Assembly: GCA_024691125.1 (NCBI GenBank)
Contig: JAILNV010000203.1
Span: forward strand, 4,354-68,353
DNA from: Lachnospiraceae bacterium
GTDB taxonomy: Bacteria; Bacillota; Clostridia; Lachnospirales; Lachnospiraceae
Length of the DNA stretch: 64,000 nucleotides
Direction of reading: 5' to 3'
Shown: positions 26,658 to 36,364 of the stretch, one piece after another
How positions within the stretch are numbered: the first letter of the stretch is position 1
How the letters are laid out: every line of letters begins with the position of its first letter
The notes under the pieces: generated by a model
Database searches by the model: none
Told to the model about the DNA's origin: nothing
Seen by the model: the letters and a program-made list of their open reading frames with translations, nothing else
Program-made: the position numbers and the translations under genes

Positions 26658-29228
26658 ATGGATTTCAATCGTTCAAATATTAAATGGATAATCATCCTGA
26701 TCCTTATTTCTGCACTGATCTGCGGAGGAATTGTATTTTACGGAATTAGAAAGAGAAGTAATTCGATTACCTATGACCGAAGCAAGATGCTTGAATATGC
26801 TCATAAGTTTTATGATCAGGGTGATGTTCGTAAAGCCATATACCAGATGGAGTATTACTGCCTTAACCAGGAGGATGTATTTGATGAAGAAATGGAGCTT
26901 GCAGGCTGGTATAAGGAGCTTGGAGATGATGATAGTGCGCTTAAAGCCTATTCAGAAGCTGTTGGTATGGCTGAGTACGGAAATAATGATATTTCGGTTA
27001 AAGAACCGTTCTATCATGTGGGTTCGGATGATATTTCCCTCAAGATAGAACCGGTAGTAGGGTTTACAAAGAATGTAAGCCTTGTTTTCAAGGGTGAGGA
27101 TATAACTCCGGAGGAATATGAGGTAGGTAAGGTAGACGGAATACGGGATAAGCTTACAGAGGATGAAGGCTGCAGGACAACACCCTGGACCGAGATTGAT
27201 AAGTCCAAGGGAGCGATCATACTTACAGGAGATATAAACTGTGCAATATGGCAGTTTATGGACAGTGAGGGGCAGATAGAGTGTGTGGAGGATCTGTATT
27301 ACGAGGATGAAGAGGCACAGGAGAAAGAAGAAGGCAGAAATGTGATCTGTAATCTTGGTTCCATAGCTATGGAAAACAGACCGTACTCTATGATGCAAAT
27401 ACCTGAGACGGCCGTTAAGTGCCGTGTTACATATGCGGATGAATCAATAGGAAACCGCAGCTTTTCCGATAACAAAGGTATACTTATGTATTATGGTACA
27501 ATGCTTCAGGGATACAGTGATTCGGGATCGAGTGCCTGTGATCTTCCTGACCTTGAGGAAGGACAGTCTATAGAATATAAGGATAAGAAATGGAGCCTTT
27601 ATGAAGGTGGAACCTTTAAAGAAGAGCTTAATATAGAAGTACCTGCAATATATAATGGAGCAGGTATATTCATGCAGGGCGATATTTGCGGAAGGATAAC
27701 CGTAGAGTCTCCGGATTCCGGGATGAAATTGGGCAAAGAAGGCGAGTACGGAATAGAGATACTCGGTTCGAATGGCTTTGTGGCATGCAGAAGGCTTGGC
27801 GATGCAGTGGGAATGCATTTCGATTACTGCATAGACAATGAATGGGTTGGCAACGGTGTTAATGATTTTGACAACGCTTATCCCTGGTCGGATATAAAGC
27901 TGTGCAATCTGACAAAAGACGAAAACGGTGAAGATGCGGTAGTCTATGAGGGAGAGCCCGGATTCAAGACAGACGGTACAGCCGGAAATGTTATGGTTGA
28001 GATTCCCAAGTTCTATGTTAAGAGAGTGGTGGAAAATGACCGCGAAGAAATATGGATCAGTGGATCTTCGCATAACGGATACGTATTGGATCCTGTATTT
28101 ATGGACGAAGGTGAAGAGAAGGATCATGTGTATGTCGGGGCATATCTCGGAAGTGTTGAGGATGGAGTGCTCATGAGCGTAGCAGGTTCTTATCCGACTC
28201 TTAATGTATCTTATAAGGATATGAGAAGTCTTGCGAATTTCAACGGTGAGGGTTACCGTGAGATAGGCTATGCCATGTATTCTGCTATTCAGAAGCTGTT
28301 CATGGTGGAAACAGGCTGCATCGACTCCACTTCGCTTATGGCCGGAGAAACAGATCTGTACTATTACAGTTACAATAAAGATGCAAACAACAAAAATACC
28401 GGAATAGCTATCCAAAGCGAGGTTAGCTCAAACAGAATAGTGGTTAATAACATTGGTGTTACCGAGAAGCTTGAAGAAGGAAGCAGTATAGTTCTTCTCA
28501 ATAAAACAGATGGATGGGATGCAATGAAGCTGGATGAAGAACTCATCAGCAAGGCAAGGAGGAACAGACGTTCAAGCGTGTTTATTGACCATAATACCGA
28601 TAACTGCAGGGAGATAGTATCCGTTAATGATGATGGTGAGCAGATAGAGATTACATTCGCCGGTGATCCGGTTGATATTTATGCCGGTGAAACTATTGTG
28701 GCATCATACCCCTCTTTGACGGGTAAGACTTCAGCCATAGATTATTGTACAGGCTGTCTTGTGGCAAATAACGGAAGACATAGCTTTAAGTACAGAAATA
28801 TGGAAAATATTTACGGAAGCGCCATGGTAATGCTGGGGGCTGACACATATCTTCTGGATGGCGGTTTTTGGTTTGTTAACGAATCAGGTGAAGAGCAGAT
28901 GCTTAATGTTTACATACCGGCCCAGAATGTAGGAGTTGACGGAGGTGAGTCAGAGCACAATAATACTAATGATTCCTGCATAAGAAAGCTTTCTTATGAT
29001 CCTGAGAATCCTACAATAATGATCCCGTGCGAGTATGGGGCATCTACGTACAGTAATTATGCAGATTATTATTACTATGGGTCATCGTCTGATGAGAAGA
29101 CATATTATCTTGCGGTGGGCGATCCTATGAATGTTAAAAGAGCCGGAGGATTGTTCGAGATGAGGGCGATAATTGATTCGGATGATTACGCAAGGTATTA
29201 TCTGGGTGGAAGAATAATGTACAGGTAA
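26658..29228 (+). CDS. Large membrane-anchored extracytoplasmic protein, function unknown (TPR-like N-terminal segment; C-terminal C-type-lectin-like tail inferred)
   Basis: N-terminal TM helix (WIIILILISALICGGIVFYGI), no other TM, 856 aa. Contains a central YPWSDIKLCNL...VMVEIPKFYVKR block and a C-terminal ...KRAGGLFEMRAI...YYLGGRIMYR. Confidence 0.6.
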   Translation: MDFNRSNIKWIIILILISALICGGIVFYGIRKRSNSITYDRSKMLEYAHKFYDQGDVRKAIYQMEYYCLNQEDVFDEEMELAGWYKELGDDDSALKAYSEAVGMAEYGNNDISVKEPFYHVGSDDISLKIEPVVGFTKNVSLVFKGEDITPEEYEVGKVDGIRDKLTEDEGCRTTPWTEIDKSKGAIILTGDINCAIWQFMDSEGQIECVEDLYYEDEEAQEKEEGRNVICNLGSIAMENRPYSMMQIPETAVKCRVTYADESIGNRSFSDNKGILMYYGTMLQGYSDSGSSACDLPDLEEGQSIEYKDKKWSLYEGGTFKEELNIEVPAIYNGAGIFMQGDICGRITVESPDSGMKLGKEGEYGIEILGSNGFVACRRLGDAVGMHFDYCIDNEWVGNGVNDFDNAYPWSDIKLCNLTKDENGEDAVVYEGEPGFKTDGTAGNVMVEIPKFYVKRVVENDREEIWISGSSHNGYVLDPVFMDEGEEKDHVYVGAYLGSVEDGVLMSVAGSYPTLNVSYKDMRSLANFNGEGYREIGYAMYSAIQKLFMVETGCIDSTSLMAGETDLYYYSYNKDANNKNTGIAIQSEVSSNRIVVNNIGVTEKLEEGSSIVLLNKTDGWDAMKLDEELISKARRNRRSSVFIDHNTDNCREIVSVNDDGEQIEITFAGDPVDIYAGETIVASYPSLTGKTSAIDYCTGCLVANNGRHSFKYRNMENIYGSAMVMLGADTYLLDGGFWFVNESGEEQMLNVYIPAQNVGVDGGESEHNNTNDSCIRKLSYDPENPTIMIPCEYGASTYSNYADYYYYGSSSDEKTYYLAVGDPMNVKRAGGLFEMRAIIDSDDYARYYLGGRIMYR

Positions 29229-29300
29229 GAAAAAAGCCCTTGATTTATGAGGATATTGATTTTAAAATATATGTAATAGATATTTCGGAGGTATTTACAT

Positions 29301-30227
29301 ATGGCTATGAGATTGGTTACACGGTCTGATTTTGATGGATTGGCGTGCGGTGCTTTGTTGCTCGCAGCCGGTGTTATTGATAATTGGGTATATGCCCATC
29401 CCAAGGATCTTCAGGATGGCAAGGTTGAAATAACGGAGAATGATTGCCTCGCCAATGTTCCTTATGTTGAAGGCTGTGGATTGTGGTTTGATCATCATTC
29501 CAGTGAGTTTGAACGTAATCAGCTTGAAGGTAAATACAAGGGAGAGAGCAGGATAACACCTTCATGTGCGAGGATTATATATGAGTATTACGGCGGTAAG
29601 GAGACATTCCCGAACTTTGATGATATGATGGTCGCTGTCGATAAGGTGGATTCAGGTAATCTTACGATTGATGAGATCATGAATCCCACAGGGTGGATAC
29701 TGGTTGGATTTCTGATGGATCCCCGTACAGGTCTGGGACGCTGGAGGCAGTTCACGGTTTCCAATTATCAGCTGATGGAGAAGCTGATGGTTGCCTGCAA
29801 GGACAAGTCTACCGATGAAATCCTCGATATGCCTGATGTTAAGGAAAGAATTGAGGTATATAATGAACAGACAGAGAAATTCAAGGAAATGGTGAAGGCA
29901 CATACCCGTACAGAAGGAAATGTGATCATCAGCGATCTGAGGAATGTGGATCCCATATATACAGGTAATCGTTTCCTGATCTACAGTATGTATCCCGAAC
30001 AGAATATCTCTGCATGGATAGTGAATGGTAAGGGCGGTTTGGGATGTTCCGCTGCGGTTGGATACAGTATTATCAACAAGACCTGTAAGGTGGACGTTGG
30101 TCATCTTATGCTTAAGTATAACGGTGGCGGTCATGAGAAGGTCGGAACATGCCAGTTCAGTGATGATAACATGGAAACAGATCTTCCAAAGATGCTTGAT
30201 GAGCTGTGTTCATTGGCTAATGCATAG
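29301..30227 (+). CDS. DHH-superfamily phosphoesterase-like protein
   Basis: Carries an N-terminal DFDG motif and WFDHH (the DHH motif). The subfamily and substrate could not be assigned. Confidence 0.5.
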   Translation: MAMRLVTRSDFDGLACGALLLAAGVIDNWVYAHPKDLQDGKVEITENDCLANVPYVEGCGLWFDHHSSEFERNQLEGKYKGESRITPSCARIIYEYYGGKETFPNFDDMMVAVDKVDSGNLTIDEIMNPTGWILVGFLMDPRTGLGRWRQFTVSNYQLMEKLMVACKDKSTDEILDMPDVKERIEVYNEQTEKFKEMVKAHTRTEGNVIISDLRNVDPIYTGNRFLIYSMYPEQNISAWIVNGKGGLGCSAAVGYSIINKTCKVDVGHLMLKYNGGGHEKVGTCQFSDDNMETDLPKMLDELCSLANA

Positions 30228-30235
30228 AATAATAA

Positions 30236-30270
30236 AGAAAAAAGCTTCGCCTGCAGGCGGAGCTTTTTTA
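30236..30270. terminator. Bidirectional terminator between convergent genes
   Basis: AAAAAGCTTCGCC-TGCA-GGCGGAGCTTTTT, with A and T tracts on the two sides. It overlaps the stop codon of the minus-strand gene. Confidence 0.75.
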
Positions 30271-31938
30271 CTGCAGTATTTTTATCTTGGTTGCGTGTTT
30301 TCTGTTATGAAGGCCTGCTATTATTATCAGAAGAAGATACAGATACGCTGTAATATAAACCGGAAAATAGTATTTAAAATAAGATGCCGGGGCGAGTATG
30401 AATACAATGAACCAGTGAGACAGAAGCCCGCCGGATAAAAAGAATGTAAACCATCTGCTTCTCGCAAGAGAATACAGGCAGATGAACAACAGTATCACTA
30501 AAGGTATAAAGAGATTATATGATACTGTTTTGATTATGCTTATGATAAATGACAGAAGTCCTTTTATTCCGGAACCGTTGAAAGTAATATGGTAGGGCAG
30601 GGCGGCGTAGACGAAGGCCCCTATTCTTGTACGAAGGAAGATGTTGGGATTGTTTCTGAATATCCTCTTAAGAGCAGCGGTGAATTCATAATATTCGGTA
30701 ACGCCGGCATCTTCTCTGACACCTATGAAGCCCGGCTGATACAGGATAAGAACATCCTCATAATTGATATCTCCGTAATAATCACTTATCGCATCCAGCG
30801 ATTCAAGGGAAATATACCTGTCAACGACAGCAAGATCCGAAGCATTTTTGGACAGATCCAGTCCGTTCCGGTACATGTTTGTTATCGTATAGGCGTAGAA
30901 GGGCTTCATGCGGTCATCTGCAGCAGCTCCCATTTCCTTTGCTATAAATCCGTTCTGAGGGACGGAGAACAGATATTGCATTGCGATCCATAGCAGCATA
31001 AGCAGAGCGAATGTTTTTTTCTCTTTAATGCGGACTGTTTTCTTTTCGGTATAAAAGAGGGGAAGGTTCTTCCGGGTTCTTTCATCCCGGTCACCGGAAT
31101 AATGAGGTATTACAAGTGTCAGGTCACTATAGGAAATATAGATCAGTATGGGTATGATCACAATGAGATATATTCCCTCTGTACGCCATTGGGTCAGTAC
31201 GGAACCAAGAATGATCAGCGTTGCAAGTCTTGCAGGTGTAAGAGCAGCCTGTTCTAGCCTGTCAAACAGAAGAATGACTGTCATAAACAGATACAGAAGA
31301 AAATATATGGGAAGCCTGTGGGCACTTGTTGTATAGGCTATTACCGGATAAAGAATAAACAGAAGCATCGTAAGTGCCCCGTATCCGATCTTTACCGGCC
31401 TGCTTATAAAGGGCTGTGATGAGCGTATGTCGAAATAATCGGAGGCTCTTAACACCGTATATCCGATCACGAGGTATTCTGTGAGAAGCTTCATAAATAT
31501 AGGGGCGTACATATGAGGTATGATCATTAGGCTTATGATATAGTAATAAGTGGTTATGTAATAAAACCATGTATAATGAGTAAGGGAAATGGCATTTTCA
31601 TAAATAAGAGTCTCGTCATTTGAAAGGTACCCGGAGCGCAGCTTGATCAAACAGACAGGGATCATTACCACAAGGTAAGGGAGAGCTGACCGGAATACTC
31701 TTGTTACCGTATTGCCTTTTGTCCATTCTGATCTGAACAGACTGCCATTGTCAACCAACAGCTGCCAGAGCATAAGATAAAGAAACCATGTTACAATGAA
31801 AGCAAGTAACCTGCAGATGATATAGTCACCTGGATTATCCGAAGGGGCTGCGGTAAAGATGTGTTTTCCCGCGAAAAAGCTTAGTATCTGGTGTATAAGA
31901 GCCAAAACACTGATGATCGCATATTTGATTTTGTTCAT
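30268..31938 (-). CDS. Large polytopic membrane protein with an extracytoplasmic domain (GT-C-like architecture), function unknown
   Basis: The start is taken at MNKIKYAIISVL after a GAGGTG RBS. More than 10 predicted TM helices are followed by a soluble segment of about 130 aa and 3 further TM helices. I recognise no family motif. Confidence 0.6.
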   Translation of the reverse strand: MNKIKYAIISVLALIHQILSFFAGKHIFTAAPSDNPGDYIICRLLAFIVTWFLYLMLWQLLVDNGSLFRSEWTKGNTVTRVFRSALPYLVVMIPVCLIKLRSGYLSNDETLIYENAISLTHYTWFYYITTYYYIISLMIIPHMYAPIFMKLLTEYLVIGYTVLRASDYFDIRSSQPFISRPVKIGYGALTMLLFILYPVIAYTTSAHRLPIYFLLYLFMTVILLFDRLEQAALTPARLATLIILGSVLTQWRTEGIYLIVIIPILIYISYSDLTLVIPHYSGDRDERTRKNLPLFYTEKKTVRIKEKKTFALLMLLWIAMQYLFSVPQNGFIAKEMGAAADDRMKPFYAYTITNMYRNGLDLSKNASDLAVVDRYISLESLDAISDYYGDINYEDVLILYQPGFIGVREDAGVTEYYEFTAALKRIFRNNPNIFLRTRIGAFVYAALPYHITFNGSGIKGLLSFIISIIKTVSYNLFIPLVILLFICLYSLARSRWFTFFLSGGLLSHWFIVFILAPASYFKYYFPVYITAYLYLLLIIIAGLHNRKHATKIKILQ

Positions 31939-32076
31939 ACTCACCTCGTTATCGGTATATGCTGTCCCTGAGTGACAGTACGTTACGGTTGTAGTTGAAA
32001 AAAAATACATTATTGAGTATACTATATATTGGTGTATTTTTAAAGTGTTACACAAATTATGTCATGGGAGAAGCAA

Positions 32077-32952
32077 ATGAAAAAGATTATCATAACAGGC
32101 TGTAACGGTCAGCTGGGCAGAGAAATAAACAGGCTTTATGAAGGCAATAAGGAATATGAGCTTGTCAATACGGATTTCAGGGTAGATGGTATAAGGGATC
32201 TGGACATAACAAGCCTTGATGCATGCCTTGAACTGTTCAAGGAGGTTAAGCCGTATGCCGTGATAAACTGTGCGGCGCATACAGCTGTGGATGCCTGTGA
32301 AGTACAGAAAGATGCTGCATATAAGATAAATGCCATAGGTCCGAGGAATTTAAGCATTGCAGCCACAGAGACGGGCGCGAAAATGATGCACATTTCCACT
32401 GATTACGTATTTGCCGGGGATGGGAAGGTTCCATATACCGAATTCGATCCGGTCGGACCGAAGGCAATGTATGGGATAACCAAGCTCGCAGGTGAGAATT
32501 TCGTTAAGCAGTTCGCTAAGGACTTTTTTATAATAAGGACTGCATGGCTGTACGGAGACGGAAAGAACTTCGTAAAGACGATGCTTAAGCTTTCGGAGAA
32601 TCATGACAGGATAACAGTTGTTAACGATCAGCTCGGATCGCCCACAAGTACGGAGGAACTGGCTAAAGCGGTTGCATATCTCCTTCCCACTCAGAATTAT
32701 GGACTGTTTCACGGAACATGTGAGGGACAGTGCAGCTGGGCGGAATTTACAAAAGAGATATTCAGGCTGGCCGGAAAGACCACGGAAGTCGTTCCCGTGA
32801 CAAGCGAAGAGTATAAGGCTATGAATCCGCAGTCCGCAGACCGCCCGAAATTCTCGGTGCTGGACAATTATATGTTCAGGCTTACTACAGATCACAGATA
32901 TGCCGATTGGGAGAAAGCGATTGCGGCTTACATAGGGAATTATCTTCAGTAA
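32077..32952 (+). CDS. rfbD: dTDP-4-dehydrorhamnose reductase
   Basis: MKKIIITGCNGQLG Rossmann motif, the STDYVF catalytic block and QLGSPT motif are typical of RmlD. Confidence 0.9.
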   Translation: MKKIIITGCNGQLGREINRLYEGNKEYELVNTDFRVDGIRDLDITSLDACLELFKEVKPYAVINCAAHTAVDACEVQKDAAYKINAIGPRNLSIAATETGAKMMHISTDYVFAGDGKVPYTEFDPVGPKAMYGITKLAGENFVKQFAKDFFIIRTAWLYGDGKNFVKTMLKLSENHDRITVVNDQLGSPTSTEELAKAVAYLLPTQNYGLFHGTCEGQCSWAEFTKEIFRLAGKTTEVVPVTSEEYKAMNPQSADRPKFSVLDNYMFRLTTDHRYADWEKAIAAYIGNYLQ

Positions 32953-32963
32953 AGAGGAGAACA

Positions 32964-33437
32964 ATGCAGTATTTAAACGATCTTATCCACAACAGGATGC
33001 TGATCACAGCTGTACTCGGCTGGGCAGTGGCTCAGGTGGTTAAGGCAATAATAGATTGTGGGATGAACAAAAGAATCAATATAGAACGACTGGTGGGTTC
33101 CGGTGGAATGCCTAGCTGCCATTCATCGACAGTATGTGCTCTGTGTGTAGGCGCAGGGATGGAGTACGGTCTTGGTTCATCAGCCTTTGCGCTTGCTGCA
33201 ATATTGGCCATAATAGTTATGTATGATGCAAGAGGAGTGCGTAGGGAAACAGGTACACAGGCTGAAGTACTGAATCAGATGATGGATTTCTTCAGGCGTT
33301 ATGAGAACGGCGAGTTCAGGCTGGAGTTCAATCAGGAGCAGCTGAAGGTTTTGATCGGGCATACGCCTCTTCAGGTAATTTGCGGAGCTGTTTTGGGCAT
33401 TGTTGTAGGGATAGTGTCAATGAATGTTCTGCCATAA
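32964..33437 (+). CDS. Divergent PAP2 / DUF212-family membrane protein
   Basis: ATG after an AGAGGAGAA RBS. GGMPSCHSSTV and MYDARGVRRETG are the characteristic DUF212 (acid-phosphatase-related) motifs. Confidence 0.75.
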   Translation: MQYLNDLIHNRMLITAVLGWAVAQVVKAIIDCGMNKRINIERLVGSGGMPSCHSSTVCALCVGAGMEYGLGSSAFALAAILAIIVMYDARGVRRETGTQAEVLNQMMDFFRRYENGEFRLEFNQEQLKVLIGHTPLQVICGAVLGIVVGIVSMNVLP

Positions 33438-33461
33438 ATATATAGCATAAGGAGAATCAGT

Positions 33462-34559
33462 ATGAGAAATGTAGCACTTATAACGGGAATAACCGGACAG
33501 GACGGGTCATATCTTGCAGAGCTTCTGCTCGAGAAGGGATATGAGGTACATGGCATAATAAGACGTCATTCAAGTATCAGCACGGACAGAATAGATCATC
33601 TTTATTATGACAGGGAGATACGTGACAAGACCATGTATCTGCATCATGGTGACCTTACGGATTCAAGTAATCTGAACAGGCTTATCGAGCAGATACAGCC
33701 CACCGAAATATATAATCTTGCGGCACAGTCGCATGTTGCCGTTTCCTTTGAGGTTCCGGAATATACGGCTGAAACAACCGGAATAGGAACGCTGCGCCTT
33801 CTGGATGCAATTAAAAAATCCGGCGTTAAGACAAGATTCTATCAGGCATCAACATCTGAACTGTTCGGTGGACTGCCGGAGACTGCTCCCCAGTCTGAGA
33901 AGACACCTTTCTATCCCAAGAGTCCGTACGGTGCTGCCAAGCTGTACGCTTATTGGATAACTGTCAATTACAGGGAAGCCTATAATCTGTTTGCCTGCAA
34001 CGGTATATTATTCAATCATGAATCTCCCAGAAGAGGTGAGACCTTTGTAACAAGAAAGATAACACGTGCGGTTGCCTCAATAATGGCAGATGAGAGGGAG
34101 AAGCTTTCTCTCGGTAATCTCGATGCCAAGCGTGACTGGGGTTTTGCCGGTGATTATGTTGAGGGAATGTGGAGGATCCTTCAGCAGGAGAAGCCGGATG
34201 ACTATGTGCTTGCAACAAATGAGACACATACGGTCCGGGAGTTTGTAGAGCTTGCATTCAGGGAAGTGGGTATCGATATTGAGTGGAAGGGCAAAGGCGT
34301 AGGAGAGAAGGGATATGATTCCAAAACAGGCCGTATGCTCGTAGATGTCAATCCCAGATATTTCAGACCTGCAGAGGTTGAATTCCTTTGGGGCGATTCC
34401 ACTAAAGCTGAGAAGGTGCTCGGCTGGAAGAGGAAGGTTGATTTCCCGCATCTTGTTTCAATGATGGTTGATTCGGATATGAGGGCAATAGCAGGAATGA
34501 GTGCAGAGGAATACAGGAACGGAGAACGTAAGATAGGCTCTATAGACGAAAGAAGATAA
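33462..34559 (+). CDS. gmd: GDP-mannose 4,6-dehydratase
   Basis: [40 protein letters not shown] and [18 protein letters not shown] blocks are present. Confidence 0.95.
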   Translation: MRNVALITGITGQDGSYLAELLLEKGYEVHGIIRRHSSISTDRIDHLYYDREIRDKTMYLHHGDLTDSSNLNRLIEQIQPTEIYNLAAQSHVAVSFEVPEYTAETTGIGTLRLLDAIKKSGVKTRFYQASTSELFGGLPETAPQSEKTPFYPKSPYGAAKLYAYWITVNYREAYNLFACNGILFNHESPRRGETFVTRKITRAVASIMADEREKLSLGNLDAKRDWGFAGDYVEGMWRILQQEKPDDYVLATNETHTVREFVELAFREVGIDIEWKGKGVGEKGYDSKTGRMLVDVNPRYFRPAEVEFLWGDSTKAEKVLGWKRKVDFPHLVSMMVDSDMRAIAGMSAEEYRNGERKIGSIDERR

Positions 34560-34586
34560 AGATATTATAAGGAAGAGATACATAAA

Positions 34587-35528
34587 ATGGAAAAAGATGC
34601 AAAGATATATGTAGCGGGACACCGCGGAATGGTGGGCTCGGCAATAGTAAGAGAGCTTGAGAGACAGGGCTATACAAACATAATCACAAGGACTCATAAG
34701 GAGCTTGACCTGTGCAGGCAGAACGATGTTGAGGAGTTTTTTGCGACTGAAAAGCCGGAATATGTCTTTCTTGCGGCCGCTAAGGTGGGTGGTATTGCGG
34801 CAAACAGCGAAGCATTGGCTGATTTCATGTATTTTAATATGATACTTGAAATGAATGTGATACACAGCGCATATGAAAATGGCTGTAAGAAGCTTGAGTT
34901 CCTGGGATCATCCTGTATTTACCCCAGGCTTGCACCACAGCCCATGCCTGAAAGCTGTCTGCTGACATCCGAGCTTGAAAAGACCAACGAGGCCTATGCA
35001 CTGGCCAAGATATCAGGCCTTAAGTATTGTGAATTCCTTAATAAACAGTACGGTACGGATTATATCTCCGTAATGCCGACCAATCTGTATGGCCCCAATG
35101 ACAATTATCATCCGACACATTCCCATGTGCTTCCTGCATTGATAAGGAGATTTCATGAGGCTAAGGAACAGGGACTTCCCTATGTAACCTGTTGGGGTGA
35201 CGGCAGTCCCTTAAGAGAATTCCTTTATGTGGATGATCTTGCGAACCTGTGTGTATTTCTTATGAACAATTACAGTGGGGATGAGACGGTTAATGCCGGA
35301 ACGGGTAAAGAGCTTACGATTAAAGAGCTTACAGAACTGACAGCCAGAGTAATAGGTTATAACGGTGAGATACGATGGGATCCGAGCAAGCCCAACGGCA
35401 CTCCCAGAAAGCTTCTTGATGTATCAAAGGCTGCAGCTCTCGGCTGGACATATAAGACAGAGCTTGAGGATGGCATTAAGCTGGCATATGAAGATTTTCT
35501 GAATAACCCGATGCGCGCGGAGAGATAA
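34587..35528 (+). CDS. fcl: GDP-L-fucose synthase (GDP-4-keto-6-deoxymannose epimerase/reductase)
   Basis: IYVAGHRGMVGSAIVREL, SSCIYP, YALAKI and MPTNLYGPNDNY blocks are present. Confidence 0.93.
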   Translation: MEKDAKIYVAGHRGMVGSAIVRELERQGYTNIITRTHKELDLCRQNDVEEFFATEKPEYVFLAAAKVGGIAANSEALADFMYFNMILEMNVIHSAYENGCKKLEFLGSSCIYPRLAPQPMPESCLLTSELEKTNEAYALAKISGLKYCEFLNKQYGTDYISVMPTNLYGPNDNYHPTHSHVLPALIRRFHEAKEQGLPYVTCWGDGSPLREFLYVDDLANLCVFLMNNYSGDETVNAGTGKELTIKELTELTARVIGYNGEIRWDPSKPNGTPRKLLDVSKAAALGWTYKTELEDGIKLAYEDFLNNPMRAER

Positions 35529-35582
35529 GCATATAAGGGTGTGCTCGGTCTCTTTGGCACAAACGTGGGAAATTAACTGAGT

Positions 35583-36299
35583 ATGAAAGAATTATTGCAG
35601 ACTATAACAAGTACATACAATAATTATCGTGGGACGGGAAAGCTGCTTGCGCTGTTTCTCGTCTCTGTTCTTGTTATCTGTCTTTTGAATCTTTCAGACA
35701 GGCCTGAATCCGGAAATAATGATCCGAAGGTGTCACCGTTTCTGTTCATATTATCGCCGATATCAGGGATAGCATATGCTTTTACCGGATTATACAAAAG
35801 GATGCGAGGGTCTCTGTATTCGGTTATTGGCTGTGCTTGTATCGTATTGGCCATCATCCTTGGCGGAGGATGGATATTTGCTTCAGATGATTACTATATC
35901 GCGGATAACAGACTGCATATAAAACAGGAATATATTGATGTGTTCGATGCGCTTTTGCAGGAAGAGACCGGAACCATAAAGATATGCGCAGCTCCGGATA
36001 TAAGCTCAATGATGAAAATATATTCCCCGAGATTCGACGTTATGTTTGAAAGACCTGTTAATGCAGATGCTTCGGAATATAAAGGAGATATCCGGGCTGT
36101 GTATGATCAGATGTCATTGTCAACCCCTGATGTGGAAATGGTGGTAAGGCTGCTGGGAGATAACGGATACGATCACATTCTGTACGACATAAAGGATACT
36201 TATTGGAATCTTCCTCTGGAGGAATTCGGATATGAGCTGATACTGCAGGTTGGTGATTATGTTGTATATAAGCATGCGAAGACAGAACAGGCGGAATAA
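35583..36299 (+). CDS. Membrane protein (3-4 TM plus a C-terminal soluble domain), function unknown
   Basis: Hydrophobic N-terminal half and a soluble C-terminal half of about 130 aa. The architecture and C-terminal pattern resemble the 38410-39276 product. Confidence 0.55.
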   Translation: MKELLQTITSTYNNYRGTGKLLALFLVSVLVICLLNLSDRPESGNNDPKVSPFLFILSPISGIAYAFTGLYKRMRGSLYSVIGCACIVLAIILGGGWIFASDDYYIADNRLHIKQEYIDVFDALLQEETGTIKICAAPDISSMMKIYSPRFDVMFERPVNADASEYKGDIRAVYDQMSLSTPDVEMVVRLLGDNGYDHILYDIKDTYWNLPLEEFGYELILQVGDYVVYKHAKTEQAE

Positions 36300-36364
36300 G
36301 TGAGCCATATTAATCAATAATTGTTCAGAACAGATAATATCATAAGGGACGGAGAGAACCTGTA

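Noticed and set aside
28990-29228. The C-terminus of the 856-aa protein considered as the variable region of a diversity-generating retroelement.
   Set aside because: I could find no reverse transcriptase gene and no template-repeat copy of the 3' coding sequence anywhere in the window. Only the fold-level resemblance is retained, as an inference.
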